Positions 9,923 through 18,871 are shown, counted from the first letter of the stretch. The stretch is 64,000 nt of DNA from a virus (IMGVR_UViG_3300035698_002820:7302-71301), one strand, 5' to 3'. Notes: a model not told the origin generated them from the letters alone. Program-made: numbers and translations.

Positions 9923-10482
9923 TCCTCCTCTGTATTATTGTTGATAAAGTGCTTGCGCCGCACTTCTTCCAGTACTTCAGCAATTAAGGAAGTATACAAG
10001 ATGCCAGGTGCCTGTGATGCTACTGCAATATCTTCAGCCGTTGCCCTTGCTATAAATAGTTCTGCTGCGTGCACATGAGCAGTACTCAGCTGTGTAGCCT
10101 CATCCAGTAGAATCTGACGCCAGTTTGTCACATTACGTACACTCATAGCATCATTGACTGTACACAACATCCTGTCCAGCTTATCTCCGTGGTTGTCACT
10201 GCCGAAAAGGTCAGTAAAGGTGAATGTGTTTCTACGTCCATCATTATAGCCATAGCGCAGTAATGATGTAGCTTTATACTTGAGGCACACTCTGAGGTAA
10301 TTCTCAAATGGGCCTTCTTCTGGTTTATATGAACCCCAGGCCATCACAAATGTCATCAGAAGTTCTTGTTCAACATCTTCTGCTTCCATGCCTGGGACAT
10401 ATATTTTGGTGGCCATCTTGTGTATGACTGATTGCCATTCTATCAGAACAGCCTCAATGCTCTGGCCATCAATTACTTGCAC
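9919..10482 (-). CDS. Sigma-70-like factor (region 2 recognisable)
   Basis: IHKMATK...EAEDVEQELLMTFVMAWGSYKPEEGPFENYLRVCLK matches the sigma region 2 pattern; region 4 unclear. Confidence 0.7.
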   Translation of the reverse strand: MQVIDGQSIEAVLIEWQSVIHKMATKIYVPGMEAEDVEQELLMTFVMAWGSYKPEEGPFENYLRVCLKYKATSLLRYGYNDGRRNTFTFTDLFGSDNHGDKLDRMLCTVNDAMSVRNVTNWRQILLDEATQLSTAHVHAAELFIARATAEDIAVASQAPGILYTSLIAEVLEEVRRKHFINNNTEED

Positions 10483-11434
10483 TGTTTACCTCACATTGCT
10501 GCATGAGCCAAAGACTATACCACATAGCATTTGTCAATGCATATCGCACCTGACTTACTGACAAATCTGCAGGGTCACAACCTGTACTGTCTGGAGGATA
10601 CTTGGCAATGAATACTGCCATCTTGTCCTGCAACTGCGTAGCAATTTTGTCTGTGGCTATGGCACCTGCCTCATCATTGTCAAAAAACAGAGTTACTGTA
10701 TGGGCACGCTGTAGTACCATCCTTATCTGAACTGCTGATATGGATGAGCCAAAGACTGCTACTGCATTATCAAACCCATACTGGTGTAGCCTCAGGCAGC
10801 TTGTTGGTCCTTCAGTCAAGATGAGCACCCTGCTATTGCCTGCTCTGTGTAGGCCAAATAAGATGCTGTTACGTGGTGTTCCATGGTCATGGTGGTATTT
10901 GTTTTCACCCTCAAGAGGATGAATCAAACGTCTGGTAGCTCCAACAACCATCCCCCATGGGTCACGAACTGGAATGACAACTGCACGTCGCATCTTATCA
11001 TAGCCAACGTCCCACTCCCTAGAGAAAGGTTCATCAAATCCCCTAGTTTCTGTCCAATAAGGATGGATGTAGGCAGGGTCATAATTCTCAAGCACCACCT
11101 GGCGGTACTTTGTGGTTGGCTGAAAAGCCTGAGTATTGAGTAGCTTGAGCATTTCTGTCTGACTATAAGCTGATGCCAGCTGCAGCAGCTGTCTCACAGA
11201 TGCCATCATGTTATCACCTGTCATCAGGTGCCACAGTTGAGTGATGTTACCTGCTCCACAGCCCTTGTGACACATCCACAACCCGGTCTTTTTGTTGACA
11301 GCAAAGCTGGGGTTGGTGTCAGTGTGAAATGGACAATGAGCATAGTACTCACTGGATGTTGCTTGTGAGATACGAATGCCCAATGCATTTAACACCCGTT
11401 TGACTTGCAACTGCTTACCATGGTAGTTCATCAT
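10469..11434 (-). CDS. dnaG: DNA primase (CHC2 Zn finger + TOPRIM)
   Basis: CPFHTDTNPSFAVN...WMCHKGCG, VVIPVRD, ILTEG, LFFDNDEAG, DPAD; start MMNY at 11434. Confidence 0.9.
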   Translation of the reverse strand: MMNYHGKQLQVKRVLNALGIRISQATSSEYYAHCPFHTDTNPSFAVNKKTGLWMCHKGCGAGNITQLWHLMTGDNMMASVRQLLQLASAYSQTEMLKLLNTQAFQPTTKYRQVVLENYDPAYIHPYWTETRGFDEPFSREWDVGYDKMRRAVVIPVRDPWGMVVGATRRLIHPLEGENKYHHDHGTPRNSILFGLHRAGNSRVLILTEGPTSCLRLHQYGFDNAVAVFGSSISAVQIRMVLQRAHTVTLFFDNDEAGAIATDKIATQLQDKMAVFIAKYPPDSTGCDPADLSVSQVRYALTNAMWYSLWLMQQCEVNSASN

Positions 11435-11984
11435 CTTCTCCGTGGTGTGGTAAGTCAATGCCGTACAATGCTGCACGTTTTTTGGACAAGAACTTAAACA
11501 TCCCAGCACCACATACAGGACAACTGCCTTTAGCTGCCAAGCGGCCATTCTTCATGGTTACTTCTTTGGCATCTTTTATGACTCTCTTCTCCCTGCACTT
11601 AACACAGTAGCCTTCCACTTCCATAGCCACATTCAATAGCAGGTCAAAATGGCCACCCAATATGTCTTGCTTTTTCTTGCGCCAGTCTGCTTCTTGCTGC
11701 TCTAATTCTCTACGTGCCTCTGCATGGCCTGTGGTTGCCTCTTGTTCTTCATCAAAGATGGTGAAGGTTTTGCCGCAGTCATTACAGAGACAGTGTGTGG
11801 CCCACCCAACTTGACTACAGTGTGTACGAGTCAATATGGTGTGTGATAAGTGGGGACAGACAGGCTTTTTATCTGTCAACTGCTCATCGAAAACAAGTGA
11901 AGCTGTGCCACACATCGGGCATGTGTAAGACGTTATCCATCCTGCCTGATTATCGTGCCACCGTTTGATTACTATGGTTTTCAC
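11415..11984 (-). CDS. Zn-ribbon protein with C-terminal DUF5679-like domain
   Basis: YCVKCREKRVIKDAKEVTMKNGRLAAKGSCPVCGAGMFK; further CxxC pairs N-terminal. Confidence 0.65.
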   Translation of the reverse strand: MKTIVIKRWHDNQAGWITSYTCPMCGTASLVFDEQLTDKKPVCPHLSHTILTRTHCSQVGWATHCLCNDCGKTFTIFDEEQEATTGHAEARRELEQQEADWRKKKQDILGGHFDLLLNVAMEVEGYCVKCREKRVIKDAKEVTMKNGRLAAKGSCPVCGAGMFKFLSKKRAALYGIDLPHHGEDDELPW

Positions 11985-12078
11985 AGCTTCTCCTATTCTT
12001 CAGGTATTTCAGAAAAGTACCAAGTACTATGCCACACAGCACAGCCAAAAAGCCCATCAGTATATCTACAGTACCCAC
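11950..12078 (-). CDS. Small membrane protein (42 aa)
   Basis: Hand translation from GTG: VGTVDILMGFLAVLCGIVLGTFLKYLKNRRS...; GGGAGG RBS directly after motif copy 2. Confidence 0.5.
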   Translation of the reverse strand: MGTVDILMGFLAVLCGIVLGTFLKYLKNRRSCENHSNQTVAR

Positions 12079-12091
12079 AGCACACCTCCCA

Positions 12092-12113
12092 CTTAACAGT
12101 CGTTATGCAGTCA
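12092..12113 (-). promoter_or_regulatory. Conserved phage motif, copy 2
   Basis: TGACTGCATAACGACTGTTAAG overlaps the clpP stop. Confidence 0.7.
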
Positions 12114-12771
12114 CCACTTTGTCAATCAAACCGTATTCCAGTGCTTCTTCCAGGTTGAACCACAAGTCCTTTTTCCAGATGTGTTGCTCTACTTCTTCTT
12201 GTGTCCTGCCAGTAGCCTCAGCTAGAATACCTGATAAGACAGCCTGCAGCTTTTTCATTTCTACTACTTGCTCTGCCAAATCAGAAGTTGTTTCATTGGA
12301 GAAGAATTTGAATTGACTGACTTCATGGATAAGCAAGCGTGCATTGGGCATCATCTCACGTGTACTGCCGGCCTGCAAGACAATACAGGCCATACTGGCG
12401 GCTGTGCCACTTGCCATAGTTGTGACATGTATGCCCTTAGCACGTGCCAGCATAATGTAGTCATAGATGGCCAATCCAGCTTGGACTTCACCGCCCTGGC
12501 TGTGGATAATGATTTTGATGGGGGTGGTGTCCTGATTTATCAGGTATTCTAGTTCTTCATTGAAACGTGCAGCATCTGATGAATAGATTTCACCTTCAAT
12601 GGACACAACCCTGCGCTCCAATCTGTGCTGGCGCAGCCGGTCATAGAACCCTAAACCTAACATCCTAGATGCCTCCGCATCACTTATCTGGGCCAGTTCT
12701 TCAGGGCACTTATCTGCTCTCATGATTCTCTCCTTTGGGTGGAATTTTTTGGAACCCTTTTCATCTCTCAT
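12103..12771 (-). CDS. clpP: ClpP-family serine protease
   Basis: IIIHSQGGEVQAGLAIYD, AASMA (Ser), LLIHEV (His), KDLWFNLEEALEYGLIDKV. Confidence 0.9.
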   Translation of the reverse strand: MRDEKGSKKFHPKERIMRADKCPEELAQISDAEASRMLGLGFYDRLRQHRLERRVVSIEGEIYSSDAARFNEELEYLINQDTTPIKIIIHSQGGEVQAGLAIYDYIMLARAKGIHVTTMASGTAASMACIVLQAGSTREMMPNARLLIHEVSQFKFFSNETTSDLAEQVVEMKKLQAVLSGILAEATGRTQEEVEQHIWKKDLWFNLEEALEYGLIDKVVTA

Positions 12772-12785
12772 AAAATGCGTTGTTT

Positions 12786-13226
12786 TTATCCAATACCTGG
12801 GTTGGCATCCATTATTTGTTCACCAGCCTCATCAGGTGCCGTGTTCTCCCAGTCAATCTCACCAATTGCAGTTATCCAGTCTTGCAGACCATCAATGCGT
12901 TCTTGTAACAGCATACCTGCATCACTTGAATCTTGCAATTGATATGGCATGTTGTCATAACTGCACTGACACTCATCTGCCATTTCTTCCAGTCCTGCCG
13001 TCAGCTCACCAGCATCATCTTCATTCATTATTTCACCACCCAGGATACTATCTTCAAGAGCATACAGGCTTGATAGAAATGCTGACCCAGTCAACTGTGA
13101 ACGGGATGGCCTGGATGTGCTGTAGCGTTTGGCACCATATCTGAATTTCCACCACCAGTAAGACTCACCTGCCTTGACTGCTGGGTTGTCCTTACGTGCC
13201 TTTTTTACGAAATGTGCTCTCGCCAT
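12786..13226 (-). CDS. Hypothetical phage protein (basic N-terminus, acidic helical C-terminus)
   Basis: GGAGG RBS; MARAHFVKKARKD...GESYWWWKFRYG. Confidence 0.7.
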   Translation of the reverse strand: MARAHFVKKARKDNPAVKAGESYWWWKFRYGAKRYSTSRPSRSQLTGSAFLSSLYALEDSILGGEIMNEDDAGELTAGLEEMADECQCSYDNMPYQLQDSSDAGMLLQERIDGLQDWITAIGEIDWENTAPDEAGEQIMDANPGIG

Positions 13227-13597
13227 GATATAGCCTCCTCTTCATTTCTTGTACCACGTGCAGGGCAGTAATCTGGCCACTGTGGGTCACTTGCACATTG
13301 GCTGCGGTATTCACATTCAAAACATACGTCAGGTATTGAACCTTGTTGCTTTTTCATTGCCAGCACTTTCAGTATGTCCTGTCTGGCAGCAGAGTACAGA
13401 AGCACATTAGGCACATCTCCACGCCTAACAGTCTCAACTAGAGGACCATGTAATATCTTCATAGTTTCTCTACGTACTGTGAGATTCTCTGCATACTTTA
13501 CTACGTGTGCTGCTGCTCCCTGGATAGTATAGGCTGTAATGTGGTAAGTGCGTTTTACCAGTTCTACACTGACAGTAGTTACTTTGAAACCAGGCAT
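13205..13597 (-). CDS. Hypothetical protein, C-terminal Cys cluster
   Basis: GAGGAGG RBS; CFECEYRSQC...CP. Confidence 0.6.
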   Translation of the reverse strand: MPGFKVTTVSVELVKRTYHITAYTIQGAAAHVVKYAENLTVRRETMKILHGPLVETVRRGDVPNVLLYSAARQDILKVLAMKKQQGSIPDVCFECEYRSQCASDPQWPDYCPARGTRNEEEAISWREHIS

Positions 13598-13625
13598 TTT
13601 GCCCTCCTCTTTTATCTGCGGATGA

Positions 13626-13775
13626 CTAGCAGTAAGGAATATAGAATGTGCGGAATCGAACCGCTTCTCTCAGTTAAGTCTGCGGATCAAGCAGACACGC
13701 CAAGCGCATGGAGCCGCCATATCAGGTATACCAGTATGATCGCACATGCTGGTATTCTATACTCCTTATTGCCAG
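13626..13775 (-). ncRNA. Candidate structured RNA with tRNA T-arm (element A)
   Basis: 22-bp closing stem (13754-13775 with 13626-13647; two G-U, one mismatch), internal hairpins ACCAGCATG/CATACTGGT and GTCTGC/GCAGAC, T-arm GCGG-TTCGATT-CCGC; fills the whole intergenic gap. Confidence 0.6.
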
Positions 13776-13779
13776 CTAT

Positions 13780-14130
13780 CTAGCTACTGCGCAACTTGAT
13801 TGTTACAGATGGTGCTGATTTTGTGAATGGTATTTCTTTAACACCTACACACTCACAGACTGCCTTCCAATCTATTGCTTCTGCCTGTGGTATGATGGTT
13901 GTGAATTTCTCAACAGTAGCTACATCAAACCACGGAGGATTGTTGGCAGCAGTCTTGTAATCGAACTTCCTGCGTCCTCCACTGTAGGATGCTGTTACAT
14001 TGCCTACCTTCTGTGTTGCACCAAGTTCTATCACAGCACCCTTGATTTGCCTAGCAAGTATATCAAGTGCACGCCTGAGCTTCTCCCATTCAAGCATTTT
14101 GAAAGCCAGTTCTGATGCATCCATTTTCAT
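13780..14130 (-). CDS. Hypothetical protein
   Basis: AGGAG RBS, overlaps the helicase stop. Confidence 0.65.
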   Translation of the reverse strand: MKMDASELAFKMLEWEKLRRALDILARQIKGAVIELGATQKVGNVTASYSGGRRKFDYKTAANNPPWFDVATVEKFTTIIPQAEAIDWKAVCECVGVKEIPFTKSAPSVTIKLRSS

Positions 14131-15389
14131 TCTCCTAATAAGGTTAATGCTTCATCAAATATATCCGTAACTTCACCGATTTTGCCACGGTCAATACCAA
14201 ATGAGATAACAAATGGTTTAGCTACACCACTACGTCGTGCTGCCTGTACCCCAATTTGCCTGAATTTTGGGTCACCCTGGGGCATTGCCATGCTGATGAC
14301 ATAATCACAAGCTTGTCCAACTGCGTCACCCAAAACAATGTCCTGTAGTTTGGGCAGTTTAGCAACCTTTACCTGGCGGCCTGCCTGGGATGTTACAATG
14401 ATAGGCACATTGCAGTTGATAGCCACACTTTTCAGACCATATGCAATATGGTACATTTTCATCCAACTTTGCTCAGCACCTTCAACATCTTGCAGCAGTG
14501 GCATGCCATCCACACACACCAGGTCTGGCTTATGCCTTTGAATGAATGCCTCAACTGCAGGTACAGAAAAAGGCTTGCCCTCATCACAGCTTGCTGTCAC
14601 CCAATCTTTACGTTTGGCAGCATTAGTCAAGAATTCCCTATACTGCTGGACATTGATGTCCTTGCCTTGACCTAAACCTGTGTTGCTGAAACCACCCATC
14701 AGGGTATCCCAGCGGGCATTGACTTCTTCTACAGGCATTTCTGGTGATAAAAATAAAATGCGTTGTCCTGCTCTGTATGCTGTGCACCCTATGTGCATAA
14801 GTAACCAACTTTTGCCCAATTTAGGTCTGCCGATAATGCCTACAAGCATACCAGGACGCCAGCCACCAAACAAGGCATCCAATGTATCAAAGCCAGTTGG
14901 GATACCTACAAGTCCTTTTTGACTTACAGTCAATGCACGCTCAACATATTCATCAGCACGCTCAAGTGCATTGCCATCTGTATGGCTGATAGCATTGAAA
15001 GGCATCCTGATGCAGCCCTTCAGTTCTTCACTCATGAGGGCAATTGTTTCAGCAGGCAAGGCCATCAAATTGGGAATGTGCTTAACCATCACTTGCTGAG
15101 CTGACAAATACATTGTGTGCTCAAGCAACAAATCTATGTAATAACCCAGAGCATAGTCTGATTCTGATAAAACTAATTCAGGCCAACGTCCAGCCAGCAC
15201 CTGTGCTGATGGTACGGTTTGATAGCGTTTGGAGTACTCATAGACAAATTCCAGCACATCAGCATAAACATGAAAATCTTCTGGTGTAACATTGGCTCCT
15301 TTTAACCTGGCAATATCACCTGCATCGTGGACACAGGATAGAATGCCCAATTCAATAGTGCTGGTGACTGCTACTTGACTATCTGGCAC
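14127..15389 (-). CDS. dnaB: DnaB-like replicative helicase
   Basis: GIPTGFDTLD, GRPKLGKS Walker A, SPEM, LVCVDG, IIVTSQ, QACD. Confidence 0.92.
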   Translation of the reverse strand: MPDSQVAVTSTIELGILSCVHDAGDIARLKGANVTPEDFHVYADVLEFVYEYSKRYQTVPSAQVLAGRWPELVLSESDYALGYYIDLLLEHTMYLSAQQVMVKHIPNLMALPAETIALMSEELKGCIRMPFNAISHTDGNALERADEYVERALTVSQKGLVGIPTGFDTLDALFGGWRPGMLVGIIGRPKLGKSWLLMHIGCTAYRAGQRILFLSPEMPVEEVNARWDTLMGGFSNTGLGQGKDINVQQYREFLTNAAKRKDWVTASCDEGKPFSVPAVEAFIQRHKPDLVCVDGMPLLQDVEGAEQSWMKMYHIAYGLKSVAINCNVPIIVTSQAGRQVKVAKLPKLQDIVLGDAVGQACDYVISMAMPQGDPKFRQIGVQAARRSGVAKPFVISFGIDRGKIGEVTDIFDEALTLLGE

Positions 15390-15876
15390 GTTCTACCTCT
15401 GGGTGGCACACTACACACAGACACACAAGATTACTTAGGTTGTTGTCCTGTGTTTCATTGAATGAGATTTTGTGATGAACATCCAATTCTCTACCCAGCT
15501 TTTCTTCAGTCACACTGCATTTCTGACAAGTATAATTATCTCTTGCACGTGCCAGCTTACGCTGTCCAGGCCAATCTGGGCCATAGTGGTGTGGTTTGCC
15601 ACCCTTCCAGAAACAACTATTTTTACCACTTTTTGCTTCTATCTGCTCTTGTGACTGCTTATAACCCAATGCATATTGGTTGCCCAATAACCTAGTGCTC
15701 ATTGCACCTTTCTGTTCTGGTGTCATTCCACTACTACCTGCAGCATTCTGATTGCCCATTCTTGAGATGCTCATCCTGGCCTTTGTTTCTTCAGAATGCT
15801 TCATGTCTGTATGAGTAACACTCATTTTATTCTTAGATGCTTGTGAATGTTTGAATCCCTTTTTAGGCACGTCCAA
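15379..15876 (-). CDS. HNH homing endonuclease with NUMOD3-like repeats
   Basis: KHSEETKARMS repeats, WKGG, RDNYTCQKC...DVHHKISF...NNLSNLVCLCVVCH. Confidence 0.9.
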   Translation of the reverse strand: MDVPKKGFKHSQASKNKMSVTHTDMKHSEETKARMSISRMGNQNAAGSSGMTPEQKGAMSTRLLGNQYALGYKQSQEQIEAKSGKNSCFWKGGKPHHYGPDWPGQRKLARARDNYTCQKCSVTEEKLGRELDVHHKISFNETQDNNLSNLVCLCVVCHPEVERAR

Positions 15877-16447
15877 GCTCCTTCTCCCACTTCTTTACTA
15901 ATGCATTTAGCAGTTTCTGTGCTTCATCATTGTCACTATCGGCCATTACACACAAGTGCTTGAAAATTCTGAGCTGCTCTGGGTCTTGGATAAACTGCAT
16001 GATGAACCGTGCCTTTGCAGTCTTTATGGTGATGCCCAAATCAGCAAGCCAGCCAGTGATGAATCCGCTGTTAAGCATGTTAATGGTAATGTCATCTACA
16101 GTCTGTACTACGTAGCCCAGTAAGTGATATAGCATATATGGGTCACCAGCCATCTGGAGTACTCTTTTCATCATGCCTGCGTCCTTCACCAGGCTGTGAG
16201 GCATCATACGCTTATGAATAGTATAGAACAGGTCATACAGCAAAAAACACCACTCGTGAAGATTAAGTTCATCAGGCCACTTGCCATGGTAGTTGATGTA
16301 CTGTTTACGCATTCTTGGCCCAACATCACCCAGACTGGGTATGTTTGCTATGTCTTTTTTAGGCTTTGGTTTGACTTCAGACACAAGCTTAGTTTCAATC
16401 TGCTTGGATTGAGTCAGCCTGAATGCCCACCCTGTTGCTGTTCCCAT
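15863..16447 (-). CDS. Hypothetical protein (replication module)
   Basis: GGGAG RBS before MGTATG; upstream of the helicase. Confidence 0.6.
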   Translation of the reverse strand: MGTATGWAFRLTQSKQIETKLVSEVKPKPKKDIANIPSLGDVGPRMRKQYINYHGKWPDELNLHEWCFLLYDLFYTIHKRMMPHSLVKDAGMMKRVLQMAGDPYMLYHLLGYVVQTVDDITINMLNSGFITGWLADLGITIKTAKARFIMQFIQDPEQLRIFKHLCVMADSDNDEAQKLLNALVKKWEKELGRA

Positions 16448-16589
16448 CAACTTTCTCCCTGAGCAAACGTATCTCTGCAATCAGTTCTGGCACATCTTGA
16501 TATAGCCAGTTTAGAATCTCTTCATTTGACAGTGGATAGGAAGGTGCTAACACAGCTTCAATTTCTTGTAACTTTTCTTCAGTTATCAT
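16395..16589 (-). CDS. Hypothetical protein
   Basis: DVPELIAEIRLLR motif common in small phage proteins. Confidence 0.55.
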   Translation of the reverse strand: MITEEKLQEIEAVLAPSYPLSNEEILNWLYQDVPELIAEIRLLREKVDGNSNRVGIQADSIQAD

Positions 16590-17616
16590 AAAGACTTTCC
16601 AAATTCACTGCCAACTCAAGATACCCAGCACTCCAGAATTTAAGTTCCTCAACCATCTGCTCAATGTCCTCTACACTCATGGCATTCTTAAGTGCCTCTG
16701 GTTGGCTGATGAACCGTTCAAGTGCCCGATTGCCACGCATTAGCTTAAGCCACTTGTTCTGTGTCTTTCTGGCTATACTGATTCTTGCTTTTGATTGTTC
16801 AACTACCTTCATGCGCTTGGACAATTTGAATACCAGCCATGTAGTATCATAGCTGTATTCAATCAACTCACGTACAGTACTGATGATAGCATTTTCATAT
16901 TCTTGCTGTGTTAATAGGCCTGCTACAACCTGCTTGTGACCGTCCCTAGCAACTTCAACCAGCATCTTCAAGTTGGCCTCAGAAACCCTGCCTGCTATGA
17001 TGTCTGGCCATATTGGCTGTGGCAGCTTGCTGATGCTATGGTAATAGTCTACTTTGTCCTTACTGATGCCTAGCAAGGCAGCTACAACATCTCTGGTCTG
17101 TCCATAATCCAGCCGTTTTCCAGCTGCTTTTCTGGGTCTTCCTCTTGGCTTAGCATGCAATTCCCACAATGCATCAATGAGTATTGCCATCTCCCATGAA
17201 GACAACCGTCTGCGCAACGCATTATCCAAGACACCCAGTTCATATGCATCACGTTCATCCACTATCTCTGGCAGCACATGGCATTCAACTGTCTTCCACC
17301 CTAGTTCCTGTGCGATGCGCAGACGGTGTTTGCCACCCACAACTGTCTTTTCATCGTGCATAACCAGAAGTGGGTCACGCATGCCGTCACGTACAATGTT
17401 CTTCTTCAATGCATGATAAAGTAAATCAGGCATGCCGACAAAAGTAGCCTCAATATTTGCAAGTATCTGCAATTGATTGGTTGGAAGCTCTTTGTCTTCA
17501 CATGCCTGAAATACTTTCAATGCCTGGGTATTATCCAATGTACTCCTACACAGATGTGCTTTACTGTGGGGAAATGTCTCCCAAATCTCTAACAATCTGG
17601 TCAATGGCTTCCTCAA
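16579..17616 (-). CDS. ParB/Srx N-terminal domain protein with HTH
   Basis: LKKNIVRDGMRDPLLV...VVGGKHRLRIAQELG...DNALRRRLS; TRDVVAALLGIS HTH. Confidence 0.8.
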   Translation of the reverse strand: MRKPLTRLLEIWETFPHSKAHLCRSTLDNTQALKVFQACEDKELPTNQLQILANIEATFVGMPDLLYHALKKNIVRDGMRDPLLVMHDEKTVVGGKHRLRIAQELGWKTVECHVLPEIVDERDAYELGVLDNALRRRLSSWEMAILIDALWELHAKPRGRPRKAAGKRLDYGQTRDVVAALLGISKDKVDYYHSISKLPQPIWPDIIAGRVSEANLKMLVEVARDGHKQVVAGLLTQQEYENAIISTVRELIEYSYDTTWLVFKLSKRMKVVEQSKARISIARKTQNKWLKLMRGNRALERFISQPEALKNAMSVEDIEQMVEELKFWSAGYLELAVNLESLYDN

Positions 17617-17770
17617 GGTCAGTCAATTTATCCAGTGCTTTGCTGACCAGTGTAGTAGCCTCATCAAGTTTCTCTATGCACGTCTCAGCATCATCAGTTG
17701 TGTTATTGTAACTCAGGTCAACAATGCTTTCAAGTATACTACGTACTTCTTCAATAATGACTGCCATCAC
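17561..17770 (-). CDS. Small acidic coiled-coil protein
   Basis: GGAGG RBS, operon packing. Confidence 0.55.
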   Translation of the reverse strand: MMAVIIEEVRSILESIVDLSYNNTTDDAETCIEKLDEATTLVSKALDKLTDLEEAIDQIVRDLGDISPQ

Positions 17771-17964
17771 GCCTCCAATTGATGAACATCTACTTTAGCC
17801 GTTTGCACCGCAATACCACCAGCCTGTCCACACTTAGGACAGACCATCTGGTCAAGTGGTTTTAGCTTATCACCAGAATGAATGTCCTCATATTCAGCTG
17901 TGAAACGTGCCTGGCAGTGAACACATACCACAGCAACAGTTATAGCTGCAGTAATAGTGAACAT
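17767..17964 (-). CDS. Small Zn-ribbon protein
   Basis: CVHC...CPKCG; GGAGG RBS. Confidence 0.6.
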   Translation of the reverse strand: MFTITAAITVAVVCVHCQARFTAEYEDIHSGDKLKPLDQMVCPKCGQAGGIAVQTAKVDVHQLEA

Positions 17965-18509
17965 TAGAAGGGAACCTCCCCGGCATTATAGTACGAGCAT
18001 TCATCTGTGTGCCCAATAAGACATCCACATTCAGGACAAGCAGCTGCTGTATTATCAGTGTCCCGCTGCTTCAGCCGGTCAACATCACGCACTATGTCCT
18101 TCTGCGCAGCAGTCAGGTTATCAATCCGCTTTGCCAGTAATTCATAAGCGTGCCGGTTCTGTCGCTGAACAGCAGCTTGAGCATTGATTCTGCCTTCGAG
18201 TGCTCTAGTGGCATTCTTCCAGGTCAGTGTGTCCCGCAACAGCTGGGCAACCAGTTTGAAGAATGGCTGCAGTTCTTCCATCTTCTGTTCCAGTCCTGCC
18301 ATTGCTTGCACAGCCTTTTCTGCACTGTCAACGCAGCCAATGTCAACAAGCATGCTGTTACTGCGTTCACTCACTGATGTACGATAGTCAGTGAAACACC
18401 GCAATATTAGCTGCCATCGCAGAGCATCTACATTGCCACTGAATGGAACATGAATGGTGACATGATTTAGGCCAAGTTTGATGTTGTCTATCCTTGATGT
18501 GATATACAT
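17964..18509 (-). CDS. Hypothetical coiled-coil protein with C-terminal Zn finger
   Basis: AAGGAG RBS; CPECG...H...C. Confidence 0.65.
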   Translation of the reverse strand: MYITSRIDNIKLGLNHVTIHVPFSGNVDALRWQLILRCFTDYRTSVSERSNSMLVDIGCVDSAEKAVQAMAGLEQKMEELQPFFKLVAQLLRDTLTWKNATRALEGRINAQAAVQRQNRHAYELLAKRIDNLTAAQKDIVRDVDRLKQRDTDNTAAACPECGCLIGHTDECSYYNAGEVPF

Positions 18510-18544
18510 CCGATTACTCCTTTTTTTCTATCTGATATTGATTG

Positions 18545-18690
18545 ACCAGGGATGACTGTCCAACTTCTGCTGGATAGCCATCAACGTATAAGTGATTTGT
18601 CATCACCAGCCCATTCTCAATATGTTGTCCATACGTTCTTTCGGCGCATGGCTTAAAAACCATTCAACATAATACGCAGTCATCCCTGGT
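18545..18690 (-). ncRNA. Candidate structured RNA (element B)
   Basis: Perfect 14-bp closing stem ACCAGGGATGACTG/CAGTCATCCCTGGT; internal AGCCAT/ATGGCT and AACGTAT/ATACGTT helices. Confidence 0.55.
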
Positions 18691-18691
18691 G

Positions 18692-18847
18692 AAAGACTGC
18701 TGCTTGTGCCTCCCTGGGCGAATTGTCTGCCGAAGTCTGGTAACTGGTTTATCATCCCTTGTTGGGCCGGATCGTGCCCATCCAGGCTACACAGGCCAAT
18801 TCACAATCTATTCGGGACCAGCATCCACTTGTTAACCAGCAGTCCTC
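18692..18847 (-). ncRNA. Candidate structured RNA (element C)
   Basis: Closing stem GAGGACTGCTG/CAGCAGTCTTT; nested TCCC/GGGA, GTGAATTG/CAATTCGC, CTGG/CCAG, TGGGC/GCCCA; begins 3 nt after motif copy 3. Confidence 0.55.
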
Positions 18848-18849
18848 TG

Positions 18850-18871
18850 CTTAACAGTCGTACAACAGTCA
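18850..18871 (-). promoter_or_regulatory. Conserved phage motif, copy 3
   Basis: TGACTGTTGTACGACTGTTAAG, intergenic. Confidence 0.7.

Noticed and set aside
11415-11984. Host assignment to Chloroflexota from the DUF5679-like domain
   Set aside because: Suggestive only, since I recall the domain also from other lineages; needs spacer or phylogenetic matching.
18810-18825. GCTGGTCCCGAA resembling the Y RNA 5' Ro-binding strand
   Set aside because: No matching 3' partner strand with a bulged C, and no Ro60/Rsr gene seen; likely chance.
13626-18847. Retron msr-msd or IS110 bridge RNA as the identity of the sealed elements
   Set aside because: No RT or IS110/IS1111 recombinase is nearby; the similarity is only the general closed-stem shape.
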